Shown here piece by piece: positions 19,201 to 27,956 of a stretch of 64,000 nt of DNA. This DNA comes from a virus. Its lineage: Duplodnaviria; Caudoviricetes. The stretch's first letter is position 1. Every line of letters begins with the position of its first letter. The notes beneath the pieces are model-generated. The model did no database searches, had not been told where the DNA came from, and saw only the letters and a program-made list of their open reading frames with translations. The position numbers and the translations under genes are program-made. The stretch lies in IMG/VR virus record IMGVR_UViG_2675903038_000001, positions 23,510 to 87,509 of that record; one strand, 5' to 3'.

Positions 19201-22200
19201 GAATATTCTGATGAACCGATTGATATTCCTGGTCTGGCGAATCATGACAAGATCAAGCCATATCAGTGGCCCGGTCTGCGGTGGGCGCTTGCGGCAGGCA
19301 AGGGCATTATTGCGGACGATGTCGGGCTAGGCAAGACGATCCGGGCGCTGATGTTGGCGCGACTGGCCAAGCTTACCGGCAAAGCTCAAAAACCTATTAT
19401 CGTCGCGCCTAAATCGGTGCTGGCCAACTGGTATGTGGAATCTCAAAAATGGTTCCCTGGTTCCAAAGTGATGACCATAGGCGGTGATTTTTCTTATGAT
19501 GCGAACGGTAAGCTAGTTGGGCGGGACGACAACAAAAATGAGCGTGAACGTAAATACCATGACATAACGCAAAACGATTATGACTTCATTGTTATCTCTG
19601 AGCCGGTATTTCAGGAAATCGACCTTGACCCTAAAACCAAAAAAGAGATGTACGACACAGATTTTTGGGTGCAACGTGGCGATTCGTTGGGTAATGCCGG
19701 TGATAAGCGCATCAAGAAAATCCGCGAAGCTTATGAGCAATCGATTGCCAAGCGAGAGTTCTCCGGCACAACGGGCGTGATTTACTTCAATGATTTGGGC
19801 GTGGATATGGTGATTGCGGATGAGGCACACCATAACAAGAATCTATATGCGGCGAAATCTCGTTTCGGTGACAGTCCAAAATTCTTGGGTGGTCAGGGTC
19901 TGTCGAATCGGGCACTTGACTTCAATTTAAAGGCCCGTTGGCTGTTGAATAATAATGGCGGCAAGGGTGTTTATGGTCTGACAGCCACACCTACCAAAAA
20001 TAGCCCGTTGGAAATCTACTCAATGTTGTCGCACATCGCACCAGAAGCATTTGAAAGAATCGGTATCCGTAACAGTGAAGAATTCCTGGATAGATTCTGC
20101 AAGTTCGAGACAGATAATGTCTTGAGCACTAGCGGCGAGATTGAGGAAGCTTTGGTAGTTGCTGGCTTCAAGAACATGGATGAATTGCGCAATCTCATGG
20201 CGCAATATATACGTCGCACCACGGCGGATGACGTTGGGCTCAAGCTGCCTGGGCGTGATGATCGAATGCACCTGATTGATATGACGCCACAGCAACAAGC
20301 TGTCTATGATGAATTGCGTGAGATGGCCGTCAATGCTGCCAAGAAAGACGCTACCGGCGATGCGCACATATTCAGTGTCATGGATAAAATGAACAAAGCG
20401 GCCCTTGACCTGGAAATATATGATCCCGAGACTTACGTGGGCGTTACCAGTCCGAAATACAAGGAGCTCGCCAAGCACGTTGCTAGCGGCATTAAAGAGG
20501 GCGGTCAGGTTGTATTTTCTGATTACATTGATGCTCACGACAAGATTGTGAGAGAGCTTGTAAAATCCGGCATACCTAAAAATAAAATCGGTGTGATTAA
20601 TGCCCAAGTGGCGTCGAGTTCGGTGAAGCGTCAGAATATTGCCGATCAGTTCAATAGCGGCAAACTGAAAGTGGTTATCGGTAACACAGCTACCATGGGT
20701 GAGGGTATTAACTTGCAAATGGGCACCACTGATATTCACCATATGGACTTGCCGTGGGAGCCCGCCAGCGTGCAACAACGTAATGGCCGTGGATTACGCC
20801 AAGGCAATATCAGCGAGGCTGTGAGAATTCATACTTACCTGTCAAAAGGGTCGTTTGACGGCTACCGTTACCAGTCGATAGGCGCCAAGAAGGATTGGCA
20901 AGACTTGCTATGGAATGGCGGTGATAAGATTGAAAATCTGTCTCGGGAGGGCAATATTAGCCGGGATGAAATGCTTATTATGCTGTCCGCTGACCCTGAT
21001 GCGGCGCGTGAGAAATTTGCTTCCGACAAAGAAGCTGCGCTGCAGCGTCACGAGGCCGGTGAGCGCGCCAAAGCTGCCGAGGAATACGTTAGGTTCCAGA
21101 CTTTAACGGCGGGCTACAAAGCGCTTAAAAACAAAAACACGACCAGTGCCGCAATGCTGCAATCCAAGATGGAGAAGGCTAGGGTTGCGTTGAAAGGCAA
21201 TCGATTCTTTACCGCAAAAAACCTGCTGGATTCAGATACCGATGCACTCATGGAGCCGCAATCCGGGAATGTTTTTCATGCTGGCTTCGCGTTTCATGCC
21301 GTGAATGAAGGGGGTGAAAAAGAAGGTCAATTTGTCGTAACCGGCGTTAATCTCAAAGATCGCACCGTATCCGTTCGAGGCTACGCTGATATTGATGGGC
21401 GTAAGCGCACCGTGAAGCTTGCTGATTTGAAACACGGTATTACTCCTTTTGCTTTCAGCGAAGAGGATGAAGCAAAGGCAGTGTCTATCAAGATTGAAGA
21501 AAGGGCGGCGGCGGGATTGAGTGATATCAAAGATTACAAGCAGCTTGTCGGTATTCCGTCTAATGTCTTAACTGCATCGGGTGCTGCCATTCAGGCGCAA
21601 TTGAAGGAGGGTGCTAAGAATTACAAGCTAAGCATTCCGAATGGGAAGTTACCCATGATAAATAAAGAGAGCGGCGCTTTTGATTTGGTGGATCATTATT
21701 CTGTGCGTGACAAGCTAGATACTCATGATTTTGTGCTGCCTACCGATGAGAATAAAAAACGACTGGAAGACGCCTGGATGGATCAGGAGCGCAATATAAA
21801 ATTTGGCACAGAGGCATTTACATCGAGCAGAAAGCGAGGCAGTAATAGCAGTGGTGTGACGCATGCAATCAAAGAATACAGAGGGGCATCGTTTGGAGAT
21901 AAAAAAGTCAATCCATTTTCGAGTCATGTTGCTAGTACAAATGGCGAATCATTCTCTTATTACGATGAAAGAACATCGAAATCTGTCAAGGCGCTGAAGG
22001 ATCGTTTCCATAAAGAGCAAGTCGAAAGAGCCAAGAAAGCCAAAACGCTTAATCAGACAATTGACGAGGTTGCGCCCTTGGGTGTGGTTCAGGACTACAC
22101 GAAAGGGCATGGCGCGCACGTAAAGCTGCCCAAAAAGGCGCTGGCTATCCTGTGGGCAAAAGCACGGCACCTGGGTGTATTGGGCGATAAATTAGTCGAT

Positions 22201-22605
22201 CATTTGCCGCAAGTCGAGGTGCTTGGTGGCCGGTCGCTTGGTAAGCACAATGGGTACTTTCACGGATCTAGGCACGAAAAATCGGTGCATGCCGCATTGA
22301 TTGGCATGGCGAAAGATGCTGGGTACGACGATCTTGTTTCAGCAATGGTTGAATCCGGCCTGCGTCATTACAAAGAAGCAGATCATAAGGAGGTATTGAG
22401 CCAGTTGCATCAAGACTATGGTCACAGCGATCAAGTGCTTAAAATGATGCTTAAATTAGCGGAAGCATCTGGCATTGCTGACATGAAGGCGGTTAATGCG
22501 GAAACCGGTATTCAGAATGCTGGAATACTGCGGCCTAGACAATGGGGCGGGGATGAGCATAAAACGATACGAGAAATCATAGAGGGGCGCATTAAGAATG
22601 GTTGA
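16246..22605 (+). CDS. DarB-like giant N6-adenine methyltransferase / SNF2 helicase
   Basis: MTase: QYSGNGG, EFYT, LEPSCGSG, GNPPY; helicase: DDVGLGKT, DEAH, TATP, GEGINLQ, QRNGRGLRQGN. Confidence 0.9.
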   Translation: MLILFLKAEQQSLLFDAPVLVQGSVRKDGSVVKPHVRIQKKKLPDSGGTQGNLFGDNSTEQSKKPSKLDAFIAKQGGMQSLASKLSMLTEGQQQTIFEKIAALDGKTIKEVSAMFDGLKVEEVKQPDLFAQPAASGNPSKTEGYVTPPKLDLPIVEHDGDTWYITNTGAAREDGKVYAHLSSATRGRHARNGIYPVQISDWIRLDKPEVSESASDDLPIVEHVTRKGKIIRGIIRKDLTKEEAAGIDQYTFLKDGGWFIREKHLEGEAYQNSIKKKTPLDTNDSNDSETVSQEKIDNAIDPLVFGVKAGITKAERRKLNTAAAALVMKVPGDMTDADRALLRQYSGNGGCGDSLNEFYTDPAVALAMWKVAERLGITHGTALEPSCGSGVFLHTAPDGIKVTGVELESISAKIAEALHGERHEIVNASLERFATQDTRRFDIVIGNPPYGPRGMLLKDDKKDLSKAEEYFIDTSLDKTRADGLCMLVVPSGIMDSKNGRKFRERMLRKAEFLGAQRLPNSAFEASHTDVTADVIYLRKRPDDVAGALGTLDKKTLQSIGVWDDEFLSGAYFEGRGKSNVFGEVGTAMRAFGEIYTVNGSMRDVPDLIEKFDPNSETKTPSMQDILNALPDESDKNRALNAADKKPYHDGAKVGDIKIEDGVTYVLQGNPPRWHRADEAMQSEAVTSALELAAEIDRLMSGQAVDRAKLEEDVREWMGLHGIPSNHPDLLVAAANDKTLYRLIGAVGKDGRLSDVVSGREAERIEGGFDAVAQSLALSHESGDFTVAELAEALNKDEDEVLDQLFADARYAVVNDERWSPMDAYLTGQLWPKLDTVNAKLSVGGMDGVMRSKLENQKRQLEETIDPKSLEDVDIQLNSAFIPLNVMEVWIDSRADELREKFPESSWYRDMAPASVTFEGGVYKIGKGVAINDGLLDKYLNRTGVRKDDLPTIEEWNEQFKEWLLTSEHREMVEDLYNRKFRGFVHREYSDEPIDIPGLANHDKIKPYQWPGLRWALAAGKGIIADDVGLGKTIRALMLARLAKLTGKAQKPIIVAPKSVLANWYVESQKWFPGSKVMTIGGDFSYDANGKLVGRDDNKNERERKYHDITQNDYDFIVISEPVFQEIDLDPKTKKEMYDTDFWVQRGDSLGNAGDKRIKKIREAYEQSIAKREFSGTTGVIYFNDLGVDMVIADEAHHNKNLYAAKSRFGDSPKFLGGQGLSNRALDFNLKARWLLNNNGGKGVYGLTATPTKNSPLEIYSMLSHIAPEAFERIGIRNSEEFLDRFCKFETDNVLSTSGEIEEALVVAGFKNMDELRNLMAQYIRRTTADDVGLKLPGRDDRMHLIDMTPQQQAVYDELREMAVNAAKKDATGDAHIFSVMDKMNKAALDLEIYDPETYVGVTSPKYKELAKHVASGIKEGGQVVFSDYIDAHDKIVRELVKSGIPKNKIGVINAQVASSSVKRQNIADQFNSGKLKVVIGNTATMGEGINLQMGTTDIHHMDLPWEPASVQQRNGRGLRQGNISEAVRIHTYLSKGSFDGYRYQSIGAKKDWQDLLWNGGDKIENLSREGNISRDEMLIMLSADPDAAREKFASDKEAALQRHEAGERAKAAEEYVRFQTLTAGYKALKNKNTTSAAMLQSKMEKARVALKGNRFFTAKNLLDSDTDALMEPQSGNVFHAGFAFHAVNEGGEKEGQFVVTGVNLKDRTVSVRGYADIDGRKRTVKLADLKHGITPFAFSEEDEAKAVSIKIEERAAAGLSDIKDYKQLVGIPSNVLTASGAAIQAQLKEGAKNYKLSIPNGKLPMINKESGAFDLVDHYSVRDKLDTHDFVLPTDENKKRLEDAWMDQERNIKFGTEAFTSSRKRGSNSSGVTHAIKEYRGASFGDKKVNPFSSHVASTNGESFSYYDERTSKSVKALKDRFHKEQVERAKKAKTLNQTIDEVAPLGVVQDYTKGHGAHVKLPKKALAILWAKARHLGVLGDKLVDHLPQVEVLGGRSLGKHNGYFHGSRHEKSVHAALIGMAKDAGYDDLVSAMVESGLRHYKEADHKEVLSQLHQDYGHSDQVLKMMLKLAEASGIADMKAVNAETGIQNAGILRPRQWGGDEHKTIREIIEGRIKNG

Positions 22606-22924
22606 TCCTAAAACGTTCGCAGATTCTACCCTGCAACTGTTGCAGCAAGACCCGAGGCGTTATAGAAATTTTGGCGTCTATTGGTATTTTGTCAAAGCGC
22701 TGATGAAGCGATATTATACGAATGAAAATCTGTATCTATTGGGCGAGTATATGGATGCAGATACGATAGCCAGAATGCCTGAGCATAAGACTCTGCAGGA
22801 AGCGATAGAAGCTGCTGTAGAAGAATATCGTAGCAATGCATCATATAACCTGGGGCGTGAAACTGTGGAGGATTTATCGGGCGGTGGGGTAATTCTTTTG
22901 CATGATGAAGATGCTGGAGTCTGA
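22598..22924 (+). CDS. Hypothetical protein coupled to the DarB-like gene
   Basis: 108-aa ORF overlapping the upstream stop. Confidence 0.7.
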   Translation: MVDPKTFADSTLQLLQQDPRRYRNFGVYWYFVKALMKRYYTNENLYLLGEYMDADTIARMPEHKTLQEAIEAAVEEYRSNASYNLGRETVEDLSGGGVILLHDEDAGV

Positions 22925-22927
22925 TTT

Positions 22928-22943
22928 GTCGTGACCTTACGAT
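22928..22943 (+). promoter_or_regulatory. Putative late promoter, leaderless
   Basis: GTCGTGA-CCT-TACGAT-TGGCTG-ATG(22950). Confidence 0.7.
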
Positions 22944-22949
22944 TGGCTG

Positions 22950-25900
22950 ATGAAGCCAATCTTCTTTCTAAAAGCGGCAATTCCTCCTGGCGCGCGCTGG
23001 ATCACGGTACATCCCAACGGTAAGGATGCAAAAGGTCAGCCGTTACTCATTCAGGAGGAATCAGATGGAAGCATGCGCGTTATTGGCGGTGCTGGCGGCA
23101 AGCTTAACTACCTGAAGCTGCGTAATGTACGCTCAGAATCCGATTACAAGAAAGAGGCGGCTGAGCGTAGAAAAGCGCAAACCGAACAAAGAAAAGAGCA
23201 GCGCAAAAAAGATAAAGAGCTTGGTATAGGTGAGTCCAAAACCAAGGTGCGTCAAGCGATCATTCAGCAACGCAAGGTAGCTGAGAAGGAATACGTTCAG
23301 GCTGTTGCGCAATCAATGAGTTGGGATCAATCTTCTCTGGAATTTCCAGAAAAAGAGTACGGCCATCTATCTGAAGCGACCATCAACAAGCTGCGCAATA
23401 CCCATCACAAAAAACTACTGGAAAAAGCAAAGCAAGCAGTAGAGCTGCAACGGCAAAAATTGCTATCAAGCGAAGAAGCAAGACTAGCCGCTGGAATAGG
23501 TGAAATACCGCTCAATTCGCAAGATGAGGAAACGCTCTCTGTTGATGATCTTGATCCCGTTCCCAGTCAATCCAGCGGCCTTGGTTATGATACCAATTAC
23601 AAAGGAAGAGCTGAACAAGCCGGTTTAACCGATGATGAGCTGTCAGTCGAATCCAACAAAATCCGCTCTGAGAAACTTGCTCAGTTAACCGATGCTCAAC
23701 GAATGGCGGCAATTCGCCGTGGTGAAGCATCAAAGCTATTGAGAGCTGAACTTGAGAATATCCGTGAGCCGGTTGTATCCAATGCCGTGAATGTGCTGGA
23801 CGATGCTAAGGCTGCGGTCGAATTACTCAAGGCCGAAAAGAAACTGAAAGCCATTAATCAGCAGGCTAAAGTAAAATTGGCCGAAGTTGATGCAGCTACC
23901 AGCAAGGTGGAACCGAAAGCATTCGTGCTCGAGTATTCTGCTGATCCGGATCTGGAAAAGAGCATTGCAGAAGATATCGAAAACGACCTTCGCACTGCGC
24001 AAACACGCACATTTTTGGCGGAATTTCAGCGGTTAGCCGGTGATAAACCGGAGGAAACCGTTGGAAAATATATGGGTATCGGTGCTTATAACAGCATTAA
24101 TTCCCTGGCGCTTGCTGTGGGCGGTGATGCTTTGGTAGATCGCTCAGTGGTCGATGTGCTGGGTATAGCCGGTGCAGCGCAAGTGCTGGCAAGGCGAATC
24201 CATAACGATCTGAAAGAAGACGTGGATCGGATTGCTGAAGGCATGCAGGAATTCCACCTTCATCATTACATGGAAACCAGCGAACAGGCATTGGGCCGAG
24301 CGCGTGAATTGATGGATGTCGCACGTGAAATAGAGATAGGCGAGGGCGCAACAGGAGCCGATCTTAAAACGGCGCAAGAGCTCAATTCTAAGCGTAGAAC
24401 TGCGGTGACGGATGCGCAAAAGATCGTAGGGCAGGCGTTGGGCGAGATGGAAGCCAATGCGGCGCTGGTGGTTGCGCTCAAGCAGGGTGCAAAAGATTCA
24501 GTACAGGTACCGTTAGGCAATCTGCCGGTGGATAGCACGGTCGTTCGAGCACGGGCAATCGGATTGCAGCGTGGCGACTATCAAATTGACGATTTATCCG
24601 GTCAGACCTTCTTGACAATTAACGCTGATGGAATGGATAGACTGGCAAAACCTGTCAATCGGGCAGATGTCGAGCAAATCAAGCGTAACCTATCAATCAT
24701 GCGTGGCGATCACGATGAAGATGGTTGGCTGCCGTTGGGCGTTGCCAACAGGCCGGATTTGGCAATGGAGGTTAAGCCGGGTATTGCGCCAAGGTTAGCT
24801 GAACCATTTCAACCGGGCGAGGACTTGGAACAATCACTGCGAGATTATATCGGTGGACGCACGGCTGATGGTGATACGCCTGCCGATATTCTGGCTGATA
24901 TTCAATCGCTGGATTTCTTCCAGAAAGCAGGTAGTGATGAAGCGTACAGAGCTGCGCTAGATGTTGTTGCACCATTAAAGGATCAAGATGGAAAAATACA
25001 ACGAGCTGAATCGCTCTCTGACCATTTCGAGCAATATGCAGACCAATTCGTACAATCCAGATACGGTGGATCAAGATCCCCGATCAACCGTCAAAAGTTT
25101 GAAATCAACCAAAAATCAGTTGATGCACTCCATCGCGCATTGTCAGAGGCACCGGAGGGTGTGGCGGCATATAAGCAGATAGGCGAGTTGACCCATACTG
25201 ATCAAAGGACGCTTAGAGAGTATTTCTATCGTCATGTGGCGAAGGAAACCCCGGAATCCAGCATGTTGCGTCAAGACCTGGAGCAATTGGACAAAAACGA
25301 GCCGGAAAAAGAGTTTGTCGATATGTTTGGCGACACGGCTACTAACCCGGAATGGTCGGCTTGGCGCAATCAGCGTGATGAGCTTGCGGCGAAGGTTAAT
25401 GCTGCATCTCTAACCTGGGATAAGTATATTGACACGATGCGTGGGCATGAAAAAGCCTACGAGTCCATTCAGGACATGATTCGTTCGCGCGTGTCCAAAA
25501 AGTTTGTTGATGAGCACAATAAACTGAATCCCGATAATCCTTTGAAGATAGGCCGGTCTGTTATCCGTAATAACCTGAATCATCTGGATGCAACAGACCA
25601 GGAAACGCGGGAAGCAAGAATGGCAGAACAAAGGCAGTTGATAGACAGTCTGCGTGAGCGCTCTCAAGGCAGATATGCTGCAGGTTCTGTCTCTGACAAA
25701 CTGGATGCGGTGAGAGAACGTCAGGAAGCGTTTGAACAGTCGCAAATGGATTTCTTTTCTACTGAGGAAATGCCTGCTGAGGAAGCCATTAAAGAATTAA
25801 GAAGCGATGAGCGGCATACAGTAGGGCATGAAGCAGAGCGGCAGATTGCCGGGATGATGGGTATTGTCGGCAAAAACTTTAAGCCGGGGCAACCCGTAAA

Positions 25901-27485
25901 ACTCTGGAATCCATCGATGAGCGGGGGCGATAATTACGCGCGTCAGCGGGCTATCAAGCTGATTCAGGCAAACAAGCGCATCGGCTTGCACCTAGGCGCG
26001 GGATCCGGAAAAACGCTTGTCGGTCTCGGCGGATTTACCCATCTTCATCAGCAAGGGCTTGTAAAAAGAGGGATTGCGGTAGTTCCAAGCATAGTCCAAG
26101 GGCAGTTTTCGGGAGAGGCCATCAGGTATCTTGAGCCGAACAAGTTTAACTGGCACATCGAGCCTGGCGCAAACCGTGCGGAGCGAATCGCGGCATATAA
26201 AAATCCTGATAATCATCTTTGTGTTGTAACTCATCAATCGCTTCGTGACGATCTGTTATATCTGGGTTCGCAACGCGCGGGTATTCCGCCAAAAGAAATG
26301 TCTGAGCGTGTATCAGTGATGACTCACGCAGAACGCAAAGAGTGGGCGCGTGATCTGATGGAGAAAGAAGGAATCGATTTTCAGTACATGATGATCGATG
26401 AAGGTCATAACCTTCTCGACCGTCAAGGGAAGGAAGATTCCGCCATGTCCAACGTGATCGGCTCTTTTTCTGCAAATACTCCTTACTATGTGAGCATGAC
26501 CGCCGACCCGGTTCGCAATGACGCGTCGGAAATATTCTCCGCGTTGCAGAAGGTAGCACCGGAAAGATATACCGACAGAGCGGAGTTCATGCGCCGCTAC
26601 GGAACAGATACATTGGCATCAAAGGATGCATTGCGTCGAGAAATGGCAAGATACTTCTATCCTCACAAGATAGAACCAAAAGTCAATGTCAAAAGCGATG
26701 TGGTGAACGTGCCGCTCAGTGAAGGCCAGAAACACGCTCTGTCTTCATTGGATAAGGATTTGGCGTCTATGCGCATTGCCAGAATGCAAGGCAAGGTGGA
26801 TATTGAAGCTGCAAAACGGGTGAATCCCGCTATGTTCGATGGCGTTCCCGAAGATCGGCATGAATCGATTGCGAAGTCGTTGCAAAACGCAATTGGGATT
26901 GTCCGTGAGTCCGCTACGCAACGAATAATCAATGCTCACCCAGAATCTGCGAAACTGGACGAAGTGGCGAAACAGGTCAAAGCGAGAAGCGGGAAACCAG
27001 GAATTATTTTTTCACACAGCCTGGAAGCCGTTGAATCCATCAAGTCGCGGCTGGAAAAGGAAGGGATGCGCGTCGTTACGATATCAGGAGCAGATTCGTC
27101 TGCTGAGAAGGATCGTAAGCGCAAGATGTTCAGCCCCGATGGGGGTGAAGAACCGAAAGTCGATATTCTTGTGGCGTCAGATGCTGCAAGCACGGGGCTA
27201 AACGCGCAGCGCGGTCAGTACCTGATTCAGTACGACGTGGTGAATACTGCGATGACTCACGCCCAGAGGAGGGCGCGCATACACCGGATTGGGCAGAAAA
27301 ATGATATTGAATTGATTGATTTGGTTGGAGACCATCCTTCTGAGCGCAGAGCAAGAGACCGATTGGCAAAAAAGTATCAGTTGAGGGATTTGACTACGAG
27401 CCCGCTGGAAGGACTTGATGATACCGGCCTGGCTTATTTCCTGCGCCAGCGAGAACTAACACAAAATCAAGGAGGGTTGTTTTGA
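22950..27485 (+). CDS. Large polyvalent protein with C-terminal SNF2-like helicase
   Basis: LGAGSGKT, IDEGH, MTADP, STGLNAQ, QRRARIHRIGQ; ~950-aa helical N-terminal region of unknown function. Confidence 0.85.
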   Translation: MKPIFFLKAAIPPGARWITVHPNGKDAKGQPLLIQEESDGSMRVIGGAGGKLNYLKLRNVRSESDYKKEAAERRKAQTEQRKEQRKKDKELGIGESKTKVRQAIIQQRKVAEKEYVQAVAQSMSWDQSSLEFPEKEYGHLSEATINKLRNTHHKKLLEKAKQAVELQRQKLLSSEEARLAAGIGEIPLNSQDEETLSVDDLDPVPSQSSGLGYDTNYKGRAEQAGLTDDELSVESNKIRSEKLAQLTDAQRMAAIRRGEASKLLRAELENIREPVVSNAVNVLDDAKAAVELLKAEKKLKAINQQAKVKLAEVDAATSKVEPKAFVLEYSADPDLEKSIAEDIENDLRTAQTRTFLAEFQRLAGDKPEETVGKYMGIGAYNSINSLALAVGGDALVDRSVVDVLGIAGAAQVLARRIHNDLKEDVDRIAEGMQEFHLHHYMETSEQALGRARELMDVAREIEIGEGATGADLKTAQELNSKRRTAVTDAQKIVGQALGEMEANAALVVALKQGAKDSVQVPLGNLPVDSTVVRARAIGLQRGDYQIDDLSGQTFLTINADGMDRLAKPVNRADVEQIKRNLSIMRGDHDEDGWLPLGVANRPDLAMEVKPGIAPRLAEPFQPGEDLEQSLRDYIGGRTADGDTPADILADIQSLDFFQKAGSDEAYRAALDVVAPLKDQDGKIQRAESLSDHFEQYADQFVQSRYGGSRSPINRQKFEINQKSVDALHRALSEAPEGVAAYKQIGELTHTDQRTLREYFYRHVAKETPESSMLRQDLEQLDKNEPEKEFVDMFGDTATNPEWSAWRNQRDELAAKVNAASLTWDKYIDTMRGHEKAYESIQDMIRSRVSKKFVDEHNKLNPDNPLKIGRSVIRNNLNHLDATDQETREARMAEQRQLIDSLRERSQGRYAAGSVSDKLDAVRERQEAFEQSQMDFFSTEEMPAEEAIKELRSDERHTVGHEAERQIAGMMGIVGKNFKPGQPVKLWNPSMSGGDNYARQRAIKLIQANKRIGLHLGAGSGKTLVGLGGFTHLHQQGLVKRGIAVVPSIVQGQFSGEAIRYLEPNKFNWHIEPGANRAERIAAYKNPDNHLCVVTHQSLRDDLLYLGSQRAGIPPKEMSERVSVMTHAERKEWARDLMEKEGIDFQYMMIDEGHNLLDRQGKEDSAMSNVIGSFSANTPYYVSMTADPVRNDASEIFSALQKVAPERYTDRAEFMRRYGTDTLASKDALRREMARYFYPHKIEPKVNVKSDVVNVPLSEGQKHALSSLDKDLASMRIARMQGKVDIEAAKRVNPAMFDGVPEDRHESIAKSLQNAIGIVRESATQRIINAHPESAKLDEVAKQVKARSGKPGIIFSHSLEAVESIKSRLEKEGMRVVTISGADSSAEKDRKRKMFSPDGGEEPKVDILVASDAASTGLNAQRGQYLIQYDVVNTAMTHAQRRARIHRIGQKNDIELIDLVGDHPSERRARDRLAKKYQLRDLTTSPLEGLDDTGLAYFLRQRELTQNQGGLF

Positions 27486-27565
27486 GAGCAATTATTTTTG
27501 CCCTGCTGCTTGTTAGTTGCGGGGTTTCCCCGGCGTCTGACAGTTTTCTGGAGACACGCTGTTGA
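27482..27565 (+). CDS. Putative 27-aa lipoprotein-like peptide (not in ORF track)
   Basis: GGAGG RBS, TTG start, MRAIIFALLLVSCGVSPASDSFLETRC; TTGA overlaps at both ends. Confidence 0.45.
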   Translation: MRAIIFALLLVSCGVSPASDSFLETRC

Positions 27566-27810
27566 TTGATGATCTCAAGGATCGCTCAAGGAGACAGCTA
27601 GGCGAGTTGGCCGTCATGCAGCATCGCATCAATGAAAGCGAGAAGCTGATACTCAAGCGGGCTGAAACGAGGCTGGATGAAGTCAATGCGCGCATTCAGC
27701 AAATACGGTCTTCATCATTGGACCAGTCGCAGGAATATATGAATTTAATCAAAGAGCGTGGCCTGCTGCACATGATCATCGCGCAAGCAAAAGCATCTAT
27801 TCGGATTTAG
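27562..27810 (+). CDS. Hypothetical coiled-coil protein
   Basis: 82-aa helical ORF with GGAG upstream. Confidence 0.6.
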   Translation: MIDDLKDRSRRQLGELAVMQHRINESEKLILKRAETRLDEVNARIQQIRSSSLDQSQEYMNLIKERGLLHMIIAQAKASIRI

Positions 27811-27812
27811 TT

Positions 27813-27871
27813 TCACTTGGAATTCTCCAAGTGAGAGAGAACGATTTCTCACTGGCGAAATCGCCAGTGAG
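27813..27871. repeat. Double-palindrome element, copy 1
   Basis: TCACTTGGA-ATTC-TCCAAGTGA, spacer, CTCACTGGCGA-AA-TCGCCAGTGAG. Confidence 0.8.
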
Positions 27872-27889
27872 CTTTGGTAGCGCACTTTG

Positions 27890-27911
27890 ACCGCCTTCTG
27901 GCGGTTTTTTT
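27890..27911 (+). terminator. Rho-independent terminator
   Basis: ACCGCC-TTCT-GGCGGT followed by a T-run. Confidence 0.8.
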
Positions 27912-27934
27912 GTGATCAATCCCTTATCTATCAA

Positions 27935-27950
27935 GTCGTGATGCAAACAT
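27935..27950 (+). promoter_or_regulatory. Putative late promoter, leaderless to protease
   Basis: GTCGTGA-TGC-AAACAT-TGCTGC-ATG(27957). Confidence 0.7.
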
Positions 27951-27956
27951 TGCTGC

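Noticed and set aside
20020-20778. 252-aa antisense ORF and other long shadow ORFs (e.g. 46296-46973, 48706-49224)
   Set aside because: Lie opposite well-supported genes and lack motifs or RBS
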